Assembly (NCBI GenBank): GCA_902599555.1 | Contig: CACKFQ010000004.1 | Location: 44,454-108,453 of the forward strand | Direction of reading: 5' to 3' | From: an uncultured Candidatus Actinomarina sp. | GTDB lineage: Bacteria; Actinomycetota; Acidimicrobiia; Actinomarinales; Actinomarinaceae | DNA length: 64,000 nt | Shown here: positions 9,744 through 21,174 of the stretch, one piece after another | Layout: every line of letters begins with the position of its first letter | Numbering within the stretch: position 1 is the stretch's first letter | Translations under genes and position numbers: made by a program | Notes under the pieces: model-generated | Database searches by the model: none | Seen by the model: the letters and a program-made list of their open reading frames with translations, nothing else | Told to the model about the DNA's origin: nothing

Positions 9744-10440
9744 AAGTTCTATTCCTTTTGTTAAATTCTAGTAAGACATCGTCTAATATGTCTTCATTTA
9801 CATCAGGCCACAAAGCATCAATAAAAATAAGTTCAGAATATGAAAGCTGATATAGCAAAAAATTACTAATTCTTTTCTCACCTGCAGTTCTTAGTAAAGC
9901 ATCAGGGAAAGGAATTTCTGGGTATTGGAAAAAATTATAGAAACTACTTTCTATATCACCCAATTCAAGAATTTCATTAATATTTTCATTGTGTAAATTT
10001 AAAACTGCATTGTGAATTTCATGATGAGATCCATAATTAAATGCAAACACAAGATTTAGAGTGTTATTATTTTTTGTTATTTCTTCAGTTTCTTTCATCA
10101 GGTCTTTATTTTCTTCTGGTATTTTTGAATCTGCCAAATCACCTAAAAATTTAAATCTGACTCCCTTTTGATTAAATTCTTCTCGTCTTCGAATTAATAT
10201 GTCTCTGTTGAAAAACATTAAAAAATCAACTTCCTCTTCAGACCTGAGCCAGTTTTCAGTTGAAAAGGCATAGACTGTCAACCATTCTAGTTTATTAGCT
10301 ATGGCCCAATCTATAGTTTTTGATAGAGAATGCTCACCTGCAGCATGACCTGCTGTACGTTGTAAATCTTTATTTAGTGCCCACCTTCCATTGCCATCCA
10401 TGATTATGGCAAGATGTCTTAAAGACTTATCATTTTCCAT
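9730..10440 (-). CDS. uppS: Isoprenyl (undecaprenyl/decaprenyl) diphosphate synthase, cis-prenyltransferase
   Basis: HLAIIMDGNGRWA and the ...RTAGEKRISNFLLYQ... motifs. Confidence 0.93.
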   Translation of the reverse strand: MENDKSLRHLAIIMDGNGRWALNKDLQRTAGHAAGEHSLSKTIDWAIANKLEWLTVYAFSTENWLRSEEEVDFLMFFNRDILIRRREEFNQKGVRFKFLGDLADSKIPEENKDLMKETEEITKNNNTLNLVFAFNYGSHHEIHNAVLNLHNENINEILELGDIESSFYNFFQYPEIPFPDALLRTAGEKRISNFLLYQLSYSELIFIDALWPDVNEDILDDVLLEFNKRNRTYGRT

Positions 10441-10876
10441 TATTCCAGACCTTGTTTAATATTTTGTTTTCAATCATTTTAAGTTTATCTTCATTTTCAT
10501 GGGAATATCCAACTAAATGAAGTAAACCATGAACCAAGACTAATTGAAGCTCTTCTGACATCGTTTTTTTATATTTCAATGCGTTATTTTTAATCAGTTG
10601 TCTGTTAATAAACAAGTCTCCAAGAACTTCGTTGTTTTCTTCATTAAGCTTGTAAATTTCCTTTATATTTTTATATAGTGGGATTGTAAGTACATCAGTA
10701 GGTGCATTTTTTTTAAAATAGTGTTTGTTAAGTTTTTCAGACTCTTCTTTAGATACAGAATGAAGAAAGAATAAGAAGTTTTTGGAAATATTAAAATGCT
10801 TTAAATACTCTTCTTTAGCAATTTCTAATGCAATTTTTTCATTGCTAAAGAAATACCCTTTGTAAATAATTTTCAA
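10430..10876 (-). CDS. ybeY: rRNA maturation endoribonuclease YbeY
   Basis: 148 aa with metal-binding HGLLHLVGYSHE. Confidence 0.92.
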   Translation of the reverse strand: MKIIYKGYFFSNEKIALEIAKEEYLKHFNISKNFLFFLHSVSKEESEKLNKHYFKKNAPTDVLTIPLYKNIKEIYKLNEENNEVLGDLFINRQLIKNNALKYKKTMSEELQLVLVHGLLHLVGYSHENEDKLKMIENKILNKVWNNGK

Positions 10877-10881
10877 ATTAT

Positions 10882-13047
10882 TTATTCTTCTTCAGTTATT
10901 TCAGGATAAAGAACTCTTTGGTGATATAAACCTTCAAGACTAATTTGAAAAGATTCTCTGATAACTTCTAGCTCTTTAAATGTGATGGGAGCATTATTTA
11001 GCTGGCCATCAGAAATTTTTTCATTAAAAATTTCCTCTATTACATTCTTAATTTTTTCTTCATCTGCATCTTCACTCATAAAAATTGCTCTACAAGCAGC
11101 CTCTAATGAATCTGCAAGCATCAAAATTGCTGCTTCTCTTGAGGAAGGTTTTTCACCCAAATGCCTGAAGTCTTCTTTTGAAACATTTGGATTAACTATT
11201 TTTTCTTTTTCGTAAAAAAATCTTAAAACTGCATCACCATGATGTTCAAGAATTCCTTGATACACAATTTCGGGAATTTTAAACTTTTTAGCTAATTTAA
11301 TACCATCAACAACGTGGCTTTTTATTATGTTTGCAGATTCTACTGGTGAAAGTGAGTCATGTGGATTTGTTGACCCAATTTGATTTTCAACAAACATTGT
11401 TGGATTCTTAGTTTTGCCTAAATCGTGATAATAAGCCATAGCCCTTGCGAGTTGGCTATTTGCGCCTATCTTATTTGCAGCTCTGTCAGCAAGTGTACCA
11501 ACTACAAGCGAGTGGTTAAAAGTACCTAATGCATTATCTTCTAGATACCTTAATGCTGGGTGATTTCTATCTGCTAGTTCTGAAAGTTTGAAACCTGAAG
11601 TAAGTCTAAAAATACTCTCAACATATGAAGTTAAAGCAAACGCAGCTAAATTTGCCAGTAAAGCACTCAAAAAAGAAAAGATTAATATCTGTGTTAAATT
11701 TGCATCATCACGCAAAAAGAAATACACACCAAAAGCTAGCAGTGGTTGGGTTAAGGAAATATAAACAATTCTCTGTCTTAATAATGACCTATCAGTGTCC
11801 TCAGACAGGAATATAGCTGGAACAATTGTTCCAAGTGCGCCAAGAGCTACTAAACCTATATTCCCTCCACCAGCAAGAGCTAACAATGAGCTAGATAACG
11901 ATAAGATTAAAGTCGCTCTTAAATTTAATAAAGTAACAGACAAAATACCTACAAAAGAAATAGGTAATGCATACTGAATAAATTCTAAATCTGAAACTTG
12001 AGAAAAGTATGAAACACCTCGTAAGAATATTGAAGAAATCAATATAAGTGTAAGCATCAATAATAATTCATTATTATTTAACCAAATACTGTCTCTCAAA
12101 CGCCATAGCAATATATATAAAACTACAAAAACTGCAAATATAATAGGTATTGCAGCAGTTTGCACTGTCCTTGATTCTCCAGATAGAAAACCAAACTCAT
12201 TCAAAGCCTGATATGTAACTTCATTAATTGGATCACCCTCATTTACAATTACTTCATCCTTGAAGAATTGGACTGTAACATTTTCTATGGATTCAGCTGC
12301 TTTTTCTTTTTGTTCATTCCATAATTCATCTTCAAGCTTTTGATTTGCAATTAAGTTTTCAGCAATAATTTCTGCAACCGTCGAACTAATTCTTGCTTCA
12401 GGGACAATTGCATAAAGTTCACTTGATAAATTTAAAGTAGGTGGATTAGAAACTATTGTTTGTCTCTGTTGATTTAAGTTTTCATTACCAATACCTTTTG
12501 ACAAAAATTCATTGGCTTTGTTTTTTGCTTCAAACTCAATTTGAGTTAAAAAATTAGTATTATTATTTTTATCTGTGTTTGAAATTTCAACTAAAACTTC
12601 AATGGCAGATGTGGAAATTGTAGAAAATAACACAGAAGTTCTAATTTTTTGAATCTGCTCAGATTTTGTAAGTTCAATTATTACGACGTTTGGATCAGAC
12701 TGTTCAAGTTCTTCATCATCATTTTGTTCAAGTATTTCATCATTTCTTGATTTAATTACAGTTAAAAACATCTCAGTAATTCCATCAATAACATCTGTAG
12801 TTATTGAAGAATCTAAAGAATATACAGGAGGAACATTACTTATAGCTTTATCTTTAAGTGATTTTGTAGCATTTTCATCAACAACACTTAAATATCTTGG
12901 TGCAGAAAAGCTGGTTGGTGATTCCTCCCCTATCTCTAATTTAATAACCTGGTTTTCAGGAAAAATTGTAAAAGATATAAACCATACAGCAGAAGAAAAT
13001 ATCAAAATATAAAAAATCTTTATTAAATGTACTATGTAATTATTCAT
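10882..13047 (-). CDS. 7TM-HD membrane phosphohydrolase (PgpH/YqfF-like)
   Basis: 721 aa with an extracellular N-terminal region, a multi-TM block, and a C-terminal HD domain (MAYYHDLGK ... GILEHHG). Occupies the phoH-pgpH-ybeY position seen in Gram-positives. Confidence 0.85.
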   Translation of the reverse strand: MNNYIVHLIKIFYILIFSSAVWFISFTIFPENQVIKLEIGEESPTSFSAPRYLSVVDENATKSLKDKAISNVPPVYSLDSSITTDVIDGITEMFLTVIKSRNDEILEQNDDEELEQSDPNVVIIELTKSEQIQKIRTSVLFSTISTSAIEVLVEISNTDKNNNTNFLTQIEFEAKNKANEFLSKGIGNENLNQQRQTIVSNPPTLNLSSELYAIVPEARISSTVAEIIAENLIANQKLEDELWNEQKEKAAESIENVTVQFFKDEVIVNEGDPINEVTYQALNEFGFLSGESRTVQTAAIPIIFAVFVVLYILLWRLRDSIWLNNNELLLMLTLILISSIFLRGVSYFSQVSDLEFIQYALPISFVGILSVTLLNLRATLILSLSSSLLALAGGGNIGLVALGALGTIVPAIFLSEDTDRSLLRQRIVYISLTQPLLAFGVYFFLRDDANLTQILIFSFLSALLANLAAFALTSYVESIFRLTSGFKLSELADRNHPALRYLEDNALGTFNHSLVVGTLADRAANKIGANSQLARAMAYYHDLGKTKNPTMFVENQIGSTNPHDSLSPVESANIIKSHVVDGIKLAKKFKIPEIVYQGILEHHGDAVLRFFYEKEKIVNPNVSKEDFRHLGEKPSSREAAILMLADSLEAACRAIFMSEDADEEKIKNVIEEIFNEKISDGQLNNAPITFKELEVIRESFQISLEGLYHQRVLYPEITEEE

Positions 13048-13979
13048 TATTTATCTGGGAAAATTTCCAAAATTTTAGACACTATTTTATTTCTTACAAT
13101 ATCAGTGTTTTCAAATTCTAATACAGATACTTCTTCTATTGTTGATAAAGTTTTTCTTGTTTTTTTTAATCCAGAGAATGTCCTGTTATTTAAATCTATT
13201 TGTGTTTCGTCACCTGTAATGATCATTTTTGAATTTTCTCCCAGTCTAGTAAGGAACATTTTAATCTGACTTATAGTTGCATTCTGTGCTTCATCTAATA
13301 TGATACAAGCATCATTTAATGTTCTCCCACGCATATACGCAAGAGGTACTATTTCAATATTTCTTTTATCAATTAAATATTGTAAGGTTTCATTTCCAAA
13401 AAAATATTCTAGAGAATCGAAGAGTGGAACCAGGTAAGGATCTATTTTTTGTGAAAGGTCTCCTGGGAGGTATCCTAATCTTTCACCAGCTTCAACAGCA
13501 GGTCGTGTTAAGACAATTTTTTTTATTTTATTTTCAGAATACATTTTCACTGCACTGGCTACCGCTAGAAATGTTTTACCTGTTCCTGCTGGCCCAATAC
13601 CAAAAGTTATAGTTGAATAATCAATAGTCTCTAAATACTTAAACTGATTTAGATTTTTAACTTTTATGAATTTATTATCAATTACATTAAGCTGACTAAC
13701 TTTTGAATTTTCAAGTTTTTCTGGATTTTTAATTTTTGCAATTAACTCTAAATCAGGAATCTCTATCGTTTCATTTTTGGATCCCATAATTATCATTTCA
13801 TCAAGTATTCTTGTAGCCTTTTGTGTGTCTTTAGTGCTCCCATTAATGTAAATAACATTACCTCGAACATTTATTTCTAAGTTTGGAAATAAAGATTTTA
13901 AATAATTAAGGTTTTGATCATTTACACCAAAGATATTTACTAATTCTTGATCAATTGGGATTGTTTTTTCAAATGTCAT
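13047..13979 (-). CDS. phoH: PhoH-like ATPase
   Basis: Walker A GPAGTGKTFLAVA, LTRPAVEAGE, and ILDEAQN. Confidence 0.92.
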   Translation of the reverse strand: MTFEKTIPIDQELVNIFGVNDQNLNYLKSLFPNLEINVRGNVIYINGSTKDTQKATRILDEMIIMGSKNETIEIPDLELIAKIKNPEKLENSKVSQLNVIDNKFIKVKNLNQFKYLETIDYSTITFGIGPAGTGKTFLAVASAVKMYSENKIKKIVLTRPAVEAGERLGYLPGDLSQKIDPYLVPLFDSLEYFFGNETLQYLIDKRNIEIVPLAYMRGRTLNDACIILDEAQNATISQIKMFLTRLGENSKMIITGDETQIDLNNRTFSGLKKTRKTLSTIEEVSVLEFENTDIVRNKIVSKILEIFPDK

Positions 13980-14320
13980 TATATATTTTTCAATTTTTCT
14001 CCACCGATTAGGTGTAGGTGTATATGGAAAACAGTTTGCATTGCATCAGCGTTGGTATTGAAAAGCAATCTATATCCTGTTTGATCAATATCAAATTCTT
14101 TTGCTAAGTTTTTAGCACACATAAACATACTGCCTATAAGGTTTATATCACTTTTTGACATATCATTTATAGTTGGAATTTTCTTTTTTGGAATTATTAA
14201 AATATGTACTTTTGCAACAGGGTTTATATCATGTATTGCAAAAATTTGTTCATCTTCATAAATTATATCTGAATCAATTTCTCCAGATAAAATCATTTCA
14301 AAAACTGATTTATTTTCCAT
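13979..14320 (-). CDS. HIT-family nucleotide hydrolase/transferase
   Basis: 113 aa with histidine triad HIHLHLIGG. Confidence 0.9.
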   Translation of the reverse strand: MENKSVFEMILSGEIDSDIIYEDEQIFAIHDINPVAKVHILIIPKKKIPTINDMSKSDINLIGSMFMCAKNLAKEFDIDQTGYRLLFNTNADAMQTVFHIHLHLIGGEKLKNI

Positions 14321-14328
14321 ATATTATT

Positions 14329-14964
14329 TTACATTATTAATGATACTGCAGATATTGCTGCAGTTTCAGTTCTCAAGCTAAAATCTGATATCTTATATTT
14401 ATATTGGAAATTTGATAATTCATCATTGGTCCAACCACCCTCCGGACCAATTGCAAAAGCGTTTACATTTGTCTTTTCTTTATTGAACGTATCTCCTGAA
14501 ATATCAAAACAAGAATTAAAAATTGTATAGTTTATAGATTCTGTAATTTCTATTTTTGGAAAAAAAGGAGTACCGGATTGTTCAACAGCTGATATTGCCC
14601 AATTATGAATTTTCTCAATATCGAACTTTGTGTTTTGGGTATTTTGGGTTTTACCGATAAATAATCTATAGACATTTAACTCAACTAGCTTTTCAATCAT
14701 AAATCTAAAGCGGTTTTTTTCCCTAAGGTAAGGAACAAATATGGATATTTCATTTTTTCTAGAATATTTTTTTTGAGAATTTATTTCTACATGATCTTTT
14801 ACAAGACGACCTAGAAATAATTCGCCAACTCCATTTGAGATATTTACAATATCAAAATCTTTTACTCTTAAGACATTTTTTAGATGATGAATTTTAGAAT
14901 CATCTATAGAAACCTTTTTCTTACTAGAATCGACTTCAGGTAAAAAGATAGTTGGAGTAAACAT
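14329..14964 (-). CDS. rsmE: 16S rRNA (uracil1498-N3)-methyltransferase RsmE (short form)
   Basis: 211 aa with C-terminal IGPEGGWTNDEL motif and an N-terminal PUA-like HHLKNVLRV region. Confidence 0.8.
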   Translation of the reverse strand: MFTPTIFLPEVDSSKKKVSIDDSKIHHLKNVLRVKDFDIVNISNGVGELFLGRLVKDHVEINSQKKYSRKNEISIFVPYLREKNRFRFMIEKLVELNVYRLFIGKTQNTQNTKFDIEKIHNWAISAVEQSGTPFFPKIEITESINYTIFNSCFDISGDTFNKEKTNVNAFAIGPEGGWTNDELSNFQYKYKISDFSLRTETAAISAVSLIM

Positions 14965-16742
14965 TACTGTTTTAGAAATTCCTTAAAAGCTTCTTTTGGG
15001 ACACTGACCTTACCAATTTGTCTCATCTTTTTTTTACCTTCTTTTTGTTTTTCAAGTAATTTTCTTTTTCTTGTGACATCGCCACCATAGAGTTTTGCAG
15101 TAACATCTTTTCTTAGTGCTTTAATTGTTTCCCTAGCAATAATTCTTGATCCGATGGCCGCTTGAATTGGGATATCAAATTGTTGCCTTGGTATTAAATC
15201 AGATAACTTCTTAACCCTACTTCTTCCAATGTATTCTGCATTTTCTTTAGCAAGAATGGAACTAAATGAATCAATTGCTTCCCCGTTAACTAAAATGTCA
15301 AGTTTTACTAAGTTTCCAGATTCAAAATCTAAAATACTATAGTCTAATGAAGCAAAGCCCTGTGAAATTGACTTTAGTGAGTCATAAAAACCGTTTACAA
15401 GTTCTAAAAGAGGCAGCTTGTATCTAATTTTTACCATTGTTGTACTCAAATAATTTAAATCTTCTTGTATTCCTCTTTTTTCATTCAATAACTGCATAAT
15501 TGAGCCAAGGTATTCTTTTGGGAACAAAAGATTTATTTCACAGTACTTTTCTTGAATTGATTTGATATCTGTATATTTGTCAATTTCACTTGGATTGCGA
15601 ATAATTATTTCCTCATCATTATTTCGTGTTATTTTAAATTCAACAGAAGGAGGTGTAACTATTAAAGAGAGGTCAAATTCTCTTTCAAGCCGCTCAACAA
15701 CAATTTCTAAATGTAATAAGCCTAAAAAACCACATCTAAATCCAAATCCAAAAGCAGATGATGTTTCAGGTTCATAAAAAAAACTTGCATCATTTAATAC
15801 ATACTTATCAAGAGAATCTCTTAATTTTGTATAATCGTCTGAATCAGCTGGAAAAACGCTAGAGAAAACAGTTGGCTGAGGTTCTTTGTATCCTGAAACA
15901 ACAATAGGATTATCATCATTATCTTGAACTAAAGTGTCTCCAACTCTTATTTGGGACAAGTCTTTTGCACCAGTAATAATATAACCCACTTCACCGGAAG
16001 ATAACTTTTCAGAAGGATTAAATTTTAAATCAAAATAACCCATTTCTGTTGGTTCAAAAGTATATCTTGAATTAACTAGCTTTAGTTTTTGATTCATATT
16101 AATTTCATCACCAAAAACTCTAACTGATGCTACAACTCCTCTGTAAGAATCAAAAAATGAGTCAAAAATTAGAGCATTTGCATCTTTTGTCTTTTGAACT
16201 GGTGGATTAACTAATTCTGGAATTGCATTTAATAACTCACTAACCCCGCTTCCAGTTTTTGCAGAAATTTCAAAAATTTCATCTTGTCTAGATCCTATTA
16301 AATTAAAAATTTGTTTTTTTGCAGATTCTCTATCCGCGTCAATCGAGTCAATTTTATTTAACACCGGTATTACTTCTAAACCAGCTTCAATTGCTGCGTA
16401 AGAATGAGCAAAAGTTTGAGCTTGTATTCCTTGAGTCGCATCTACTAATAGAATCGCGCCGTCACATGCAATTAAAGCTCTTGAAACTTCATAAGAAAAA
16501 TCAACATGTCCTGGGGTGTCAATTAAATTTAGTGTTACATTTTCAAACTTGAGCCTTATAGGCTGTGATTTAATAGTGATGCCTTTTTCACGTTCAAGTT
16601 CCATATTGTCTAAGATTTGATCTAAATGTTCTCCTGGCTTTATAAGACCAGACATTTCGATCAATCTATCAGCTAATGTTGATTTACCATGATCGACATG
16701 AGCAATAATTGAAATATTTCTTATATTTTTATTATCTAACAT
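14964..16742 (-). CDS. lepA: Translation elongation factor 4 (LepA)
   Basis: 592 aa with GTPase motifs AHVDHGKST, DTPGH and NKID, plus the LepA C-terminal domain. Confidence 0.96.
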   Translation of the reverse strand: MLDNKNIRNISIIAHVDHGKSTLADRLIEMSGLIKPGEHLDQILDNMELEREKGITIKSQPIRLKFENVTLNLIDTPGHVDFSYEVSRALIACDGAILLVDATQGIQAQTFAHSYAAIEAGLEVIPVLNKIDSIDADRESAKKQIFNLIGSRQDEIFEISAKTGSGVSELLNAIPELVNPPVQKTKDANALIFDSFFDSYRGVVASVRVFGDEINMNQKLKLVNSRYTFEPTEMGYFDLKFNPSEKLSSGEVGYIITGAKDLSQIRVGDTLVQDNDDNPIVVSGYKEPQPTVFSSVFPADSDDYTKLRDSLDKYVLNDASFFYEPETSSAFGFGFRCGFLGLLHLEIVVERLEREFDLSLIVTPPSVEFKITRNNDEEIIIRNPSEIDKYTDIKSIQEKYCEINLLFPKEYLGSIMQLLNEKRGIQEDLNYLSTTMVKIRYKLPLLELVNGFYDSLKSISQGFASLDYSILDFESGNLVKLDILVNGEAIDSFSSILAKENAEYIGRSRVKKLSDLIPRQQFDIPIQAAIGSRIIARETIKALRKDVTAKLYGGDVTRKRKLLEKQKEGKKKMRQIGKVSVPKEAFKEFLKQ

Positions 16743-16781
16743 ATTTATTAAGTTAATATCCTATATATCGAAAGGTTTTAC

Positions 16782-17006
16782 ATGGCTAATATTAATTCAC
16801 AAAAAAAGAGAATAAGACAAGATAAGAAAAGAAATTTAAGAAACAAGTCTATCAAAACTGAACTTAAAACAGTTCTTAAATTAGTCGAAGATAGTTCTGT
16901 TGAGAATAAGTCAAATGCACTTAAAACTTTAGATATCGCTTACTCAAAAGGCATTATTACTAAAAATTTCAGAGACAGAAATAAATCTAAAATTTCAAAA
17001 CTCTAA
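16782..17006 (+). CDS. rpsT: 30S ribosomal protein S20
   Basis: MANINSQKKRIRQDKKRNLRNKS... is a basic 74-aa protein. Divergent from lepA, as in Actinobacteria. Confidence 0.92.
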   Translation: MANINSQKKRIRQDKKRNLRNKSIKTELKTVLKLVEDSSVENKSNALKTLDIAYSKGIITKNFRDRNKSKISKL

Positions 17007-17657
17007 TAATTTTTTTACAGAAATTAAATATCTTTTAGAATTTTCAAGTTCATATCCATATTGATTTATACTTTTTTCAATTTTATGGCTATATTGGATA
17101 GCTCTATTTATTTTCTTTTGATCTAAATTCTTAATTTTTTTTAAGGCATCATTGTATTTATAATCTTTTTTTTCTTTTAAAATTTCAGCTACTTCGTTTG
17201 GATCAAACTCAGTTAACATTTTTAATCTGATAAGTTCTTTTATAAAAAAAGACAAAAAATTTCTAAAGTCTCTTTCGTTGGAAGTGAACGAATCTAACAA
17301 CTTAAGATCTATTGTTTTTCTAGAACTATATATTAAATTAGTTAAATCCCACGGAAAATAATTCTCTTTTTTTTGAGAATCAAGATATAAAACATCAACT
17401 TCAGATCCTAGTGATGTGAATTTAGACAAATTTGATTTTTTAATTTGAAAGATATAGTTGTCGTCTAAATCAATTTTTAATTTATTAAAAGATGAAATAG
17501 TTATAAATTCATCAAATATAAATTTGAAATTGTCATCATCAAATAAAGATTGTGCTTGATTAGGAATATCTTTTATCGATATTTTTTCAAGATTTATATT
17601 AAAACTATCTAATTGACTTAGATCTGATACTAGATTATCAGTTACAAGTAGCTTCAT
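16995..17657 (-). CDS. Hypothetical protein; possibly a strongly reduced DNA polymerase III delta subunit (HolA), by position only
   Basis: 220 aa with no motif I can recognise. It occupies the slot convergent with rpsT where actinobacteria carry holA. Its length is about two-thirds of typical HolA. Confidence 0.3.
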   Translation of the reverse strand: MKLLVTDNLVSDLSQLDSFNINLEKISIKDIPNQAQSLFDDDNFKFIFDEFITISSFNKLKIDLDDNYIFQIKKSNLSKFTSLGSEVDVLYLDSQKKENYFPWDLTNLIYSSRKTIDLKLLDSFTSNERDFRNFLSFFIKELIRLKMLTEFDPNEVAEILKEKKDYKYNDALKKIKNLDQKKINRAIQYSHKIEKSINQYGYELENSKRYLISVKKLLEF

Positions 17658-20086
17658 TATCCAACAAAATTTATAATCTTGTCTTGTATATAAATTATTT
17701 TTTTAAAATCACTGATATTCATGTCGAAGTCATCTTTACAAATTTTTTCTACTTCTGATTGTTCAAGTCCTATTTTAGTTTCTCGAGTAAACCTCTTTTT
17801 ACCATTTATCTGTATCACAAGTTCATATGTAGGGTCTTTTAAGTTGTCATTATCAACCTGTGGCCATGTAATATTTATTAAATCTTCACCGAAATAATTT
17901 TTATAAATTTCAGAGGAAATATGAGGTGCCATTGGAAATAACAGAATACTTATATTTTTAATGATCATGTCTTTCGAGCTTTTTGATATTTCTTGAGAAT
18001 TTTTTAAAAAATCTGATAATTCATTGTTTAGTTTCATTAAATCGGAAACAGCTGTGTTAAATTCAAATTTATTAAGATGTTTTGAAACTGAATTTATACT
18101 TTGGTTTACTTTTCTAACTATACTTTCGTCTTTAACTGAGCTATCTATAACTTTTAAATATGATAATCTTTTAATATTTTCCCAGAATTTGTTCAAAAAT
18201 CTTTTTGTACCCTCAATGCCGCCATCATTCCACTCTACTCCGTCACTTGGAGGTGCCATAAATAAAATATATAATCTTAAAGCATCTGCTCCATGTGTTG
18301 CAAAATATGATTCTGGATCAACAGTATTACCTTTTGATTTTGACATCTTGGAACCCCCAAAATTTATCATGCCTTGTGAAAATAAATTTTGAAATGGTTC
18401 GGAAAAGTTTAAATAGTTCATATCTCTTAATGCCTTTACAAAAAATCTTGCATAAAGCAAGTGAAGAATTGCATGCTCAACTCCTCCTATGTATTGATCA
18501 ACAGGAAGCCAATTATTAACTTTTTTGGCATCAAATGGAATATCTTGGTTTTTTGGATCAACAAATCTTAAAAAATACCAAGATGAATCAACAAATGTAT
18601 CCATTGTATCTGTTTCTCTTATAGCCTTATTTCCACATTCAGGGCAGTTTGTATTTATAAATTCCTCACTCTTAGCAAGAGGCGATTCATTTGTGTTTTT
18701 GTAATCATCTATTTCTGGCAACAAAACTGGTAAATTATCTTCGCTTTCAGGTATCATTCCACACTTATCACAATCAATTAAAGGAATAGGACAACCCCAA
18801 TATCTTTGTCGACTAATTAACCAGTCTCTTAAACGAAATGTAGTTTTACTAGTTCCAATTTTGTTATCTTTCAAAAACTTTACTATCTTATTTGATGCTT
18901 CAGTATGTGATTCTAGATTATCGAATTCTCCCGAGTTAATAAGAATCCCTTCACCAACGAATGCTTCTTGCTCTATTGAAGATTTCTCGTTTTTATCAGA
19001 TATAACTTGGATTATTTCAATTCCATATTTTTTAGCAAAGTCATAATCTCTTTGATCATGGCCGGGTACGGCCATAATTGCACCTGTACCATAGTTAATC
19101 AATACGTAATCAGCTATCCACAGTGAAACTTTTTTTCCATTAACTGGGTTTATAACAAATAGGCCTGTATCAACTCCTGTTTTTTCTTTTGTAAGTGACA
19201 TTCGCTCAAACTCAGATTTCTTTTTAGCACTATCAATATAATTTTGAATCTCCGTGCTATTTGATGAAATAGAAAGAATTTCACTCATGAGCTGGTGCTC
19301 AGGTGACAATACGGCAAAGGTCATACCAAATAATGTATCTGGCCTTGTAGTAAAAACATCAAAGGTTAAGTCTGTATTTTCAATGTTGAGTGAAAATTCT
19401 GCACCTTCAGATTTACCTATCCAATTTTGCTGCATAGCTTTTACATTCTCAGGCCAATCTCCTATTTCATCTAGTCCTTCTAAAAGCTCATCTGAATAAT
19501 CAGATATTTTTAAAAACCATTGATTAAGATTTTTTTGATCAACTACGGCATCGCATCTATCACAATTTCCTTCAATAACTTGTTCGTTTGCTAATACAGT
19601 CTTACATGAATCACACCAATTAACAGGAGCATCTTTTTTGTAAGCTAACTTATTTTTAAAAAGTTTAATAAAAATAAATTGTGTCCACTTATAGTAGTCT
19701 TTATCGTGAGCAGCAACTTCTCTATCCCACTCATAGAGTGAGCCAAGTCTAATTATTTGATCTTTCATATTATTTATACGTTCTTCTGTAAATGTTTTTG
19801 GGTGTATTCCAGTTTTAATTGCTGCATTCTCAGCTGGAAGTCCAAATGAATCCCAGCCCATTGGTGACAAAACATTGTATCCATTCAACATTTTATATCT
19901 AGTAATTACGTCGCCGATTGTATAGTTTCTAATATGGCCCATGTGCAAATCTCCAGAAGGATATGGATACATACATAAATTATAAAAATTTTTTTCTTTT
20001 GAATTAATATCGCATTTTATTGAATTATTTTCTGACCAATGTTTCTGCCATTTTGATTCAATTTTTTGAAAGTTATATTCGTTCAT
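17657..20086 (-). CDS. leuS: Leucine--tRNA ligase
   Basis: 809 aa with HMGH ([11 protein letters not shown]) and KMSKS (KMSKSKGN) class I signatures. Confidence 0.96.
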   Translation of the reverse strand: MNEYNFQKIESKWQKHWSENNSIKCDINSKEKNFYNLCMYPYPSGDLHMGHIRNYTIGDVITRYKMLNGYNVLSPMGWDSFGLPAENAAIKTGIHPKTFTEERINNMKDQIIRLGSLYEWDREVAAHDKDYYKWTQFIFIKLFKNKLAYKKDAPVNWCDSCKTVLANEQVIEGNCDRCDAVVDQKNLNQWFLKISDYSDELLEGLDEIGDWPENVKAMQQNWIGKSEGAEFSLNIENTDLTFDVFTTRPDTLFGMTFAVLSPEHQLMSEILSISSNSTEIQNYIDSAKKKSEFERMSLTKEKTGVDTGLFVINPVNGKKVSLWIADYVLINYGTGAIMAVPGHDQRDYDFAKKYGIEIIQVISDKNEKSSIEQEAFVGEGILINSGEFDNLESHTEASNKIVKFLKDNKIGTSKTTFRLRDWLISRQRYWGCPIPLIDCDKCGMIPESEDNLPVLLPEIDDYKNTNESPLAKSEEFINTNCPECGNKAIRETDTMDTFVDSSWYFLRFVDPKNQDIPFDAKKVNNWLPVDQYIGGVEHAILHLLYARFFVKALRDMNYLNFSEPFQNLFSQGMINFGGSKMSKSKGNTVDPESYFATHGADALRLYILFMAPPSDGVEWNDGGIEGTKRFLNKFWENIKRLSYLKVIDSSVKDESIVRKVNQSINSVSKHLNKFEFNTAVSDLMKLNNELSDFLKNSQEISKSSKDMIIKNISILLFPMAPHISSEIYKNYFGEDLINITWPQVDNDNLKDPTYELVIQINGKKRFTRETKIGLEQSEVEKICKDDFDMNISDFKKIIYIQDKIINFVG

Positions 20087-21174
20087 AAGTTATATACTTC
20101 TAATATTTTAGGAAATACATTTTTAATGTCATATATTTCTAATACTTTTTTCAAATTGTGAATTTTCTTATTAATTACTTCTTCACTGCTTAAATCTTTA
20201 CAGGCTTCTAAAATACTTTGTTTTAAATCATCTGTATTGTTAAATAAATATCCGTTTTCATGATTAATGAACTGATTCATTGGTTCAACATTCCTTGTAA
20301 TACATACCTTTTGATAACTCATGGCTTCTAATAAGACTAATCCAAGACCTTCTGAATAAGATGGAAAAACAAATATATCGATACTCTCAAAAAATTTTGA
20401 TTGATCTTCCACATACCCAAGGAAATTTGACCTTTTTAAAACATTTTCATTCATTTTTTGTTTTAAAATATTTATATAATTTTCTGTTCCAAAGCCTCCT
20501 ATTGATAAATTGAAATCTAAATCTACTTCATTTAAAGATTCAATAAGATCTTCAATGCCTTTATTTTTATTTAATCTTCCCAAAAAACCAATATTGACTG
20601 AAGAATTCAAATCAACTAATTTATAACTTTTTAAAGAAATCCAATAATTTATTACGTGTGGTTTAATAAGCTTTGTATGACTATCTAGCCATGACTTTAC
20701 TTCATTAGAAATTACGATTACTTCATCAGCAGTATTCCAAGACTTTACTAACTTTTTAAAAAAATATAATTTAAATTTTTTTTGGATATTGTTATTAAGA
20801 TAAGAATCGTATTTTCCGTGTATAGATACAATCCATTTAAATAGATTGTCTGAAAATAAATATTTTTTTAAAAGATAAACCATAAAATCACTTCTTGGTT
20901 GATGTGAATGAATTACATCATAAGAATTATTCCTGATTATTTTTTGAAGTTTTATGTAAGAAAAAATATTAAACATACGAGGGCCTTTCAATCTATAGAT
21001 TTTCCTACAAACACTAGATAACTCCTTTTTAATTGACAAGATATCAGAGCTATCTTCACCAATAACAATTACATCAGTAGTTAATCCTGCATTTGATTGA
21101 GCTTTAACTAACTCAAGTAAATGACTTTCTGCACCGCCCCTATTCAATGAGTTTATTACATGAGCAACTTTCAT
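20083..21174 (-). CDS. Glycosyltransferase family 4 (group 1)
   Basis: 363 aa with N-terminal [10 protein letters not shown] and C-terminal [16 protein letters not shown] motif. Confidence 0.8.
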   Translation of the reverse strand: MKVAHVINSLNRGGAESHLLELVKAQSNAGLTTDVIVIGEDSSDILSIKKELSSVCRKIYRLKGPRMFNIFSYIKLQKIIRNNSYDVIHSHQPRSDFMVYLLKKYLFSDNLFKWIVSIHGKYDSYLNNNIQKKFKLYFFKKLVKSWNTADEVIVISNEVKSWLDSHTKLIKPHVINYWISLKSYKLVDLNSSVNIGFLGRLNKNKGIEDLIESLNEVDLDFNLSIGGFGTENYINILKQKMNENVLKRSNFLGYVEDQSKFFESIDIFVFPSYSEGLGLVLLEAMSYQKVCITRNVEPMNQFINHENGYLFNNTDDLKQSILEACKDLSSEEVINKKIHNLKKVLEIYDIKNVFPKILEVYNL

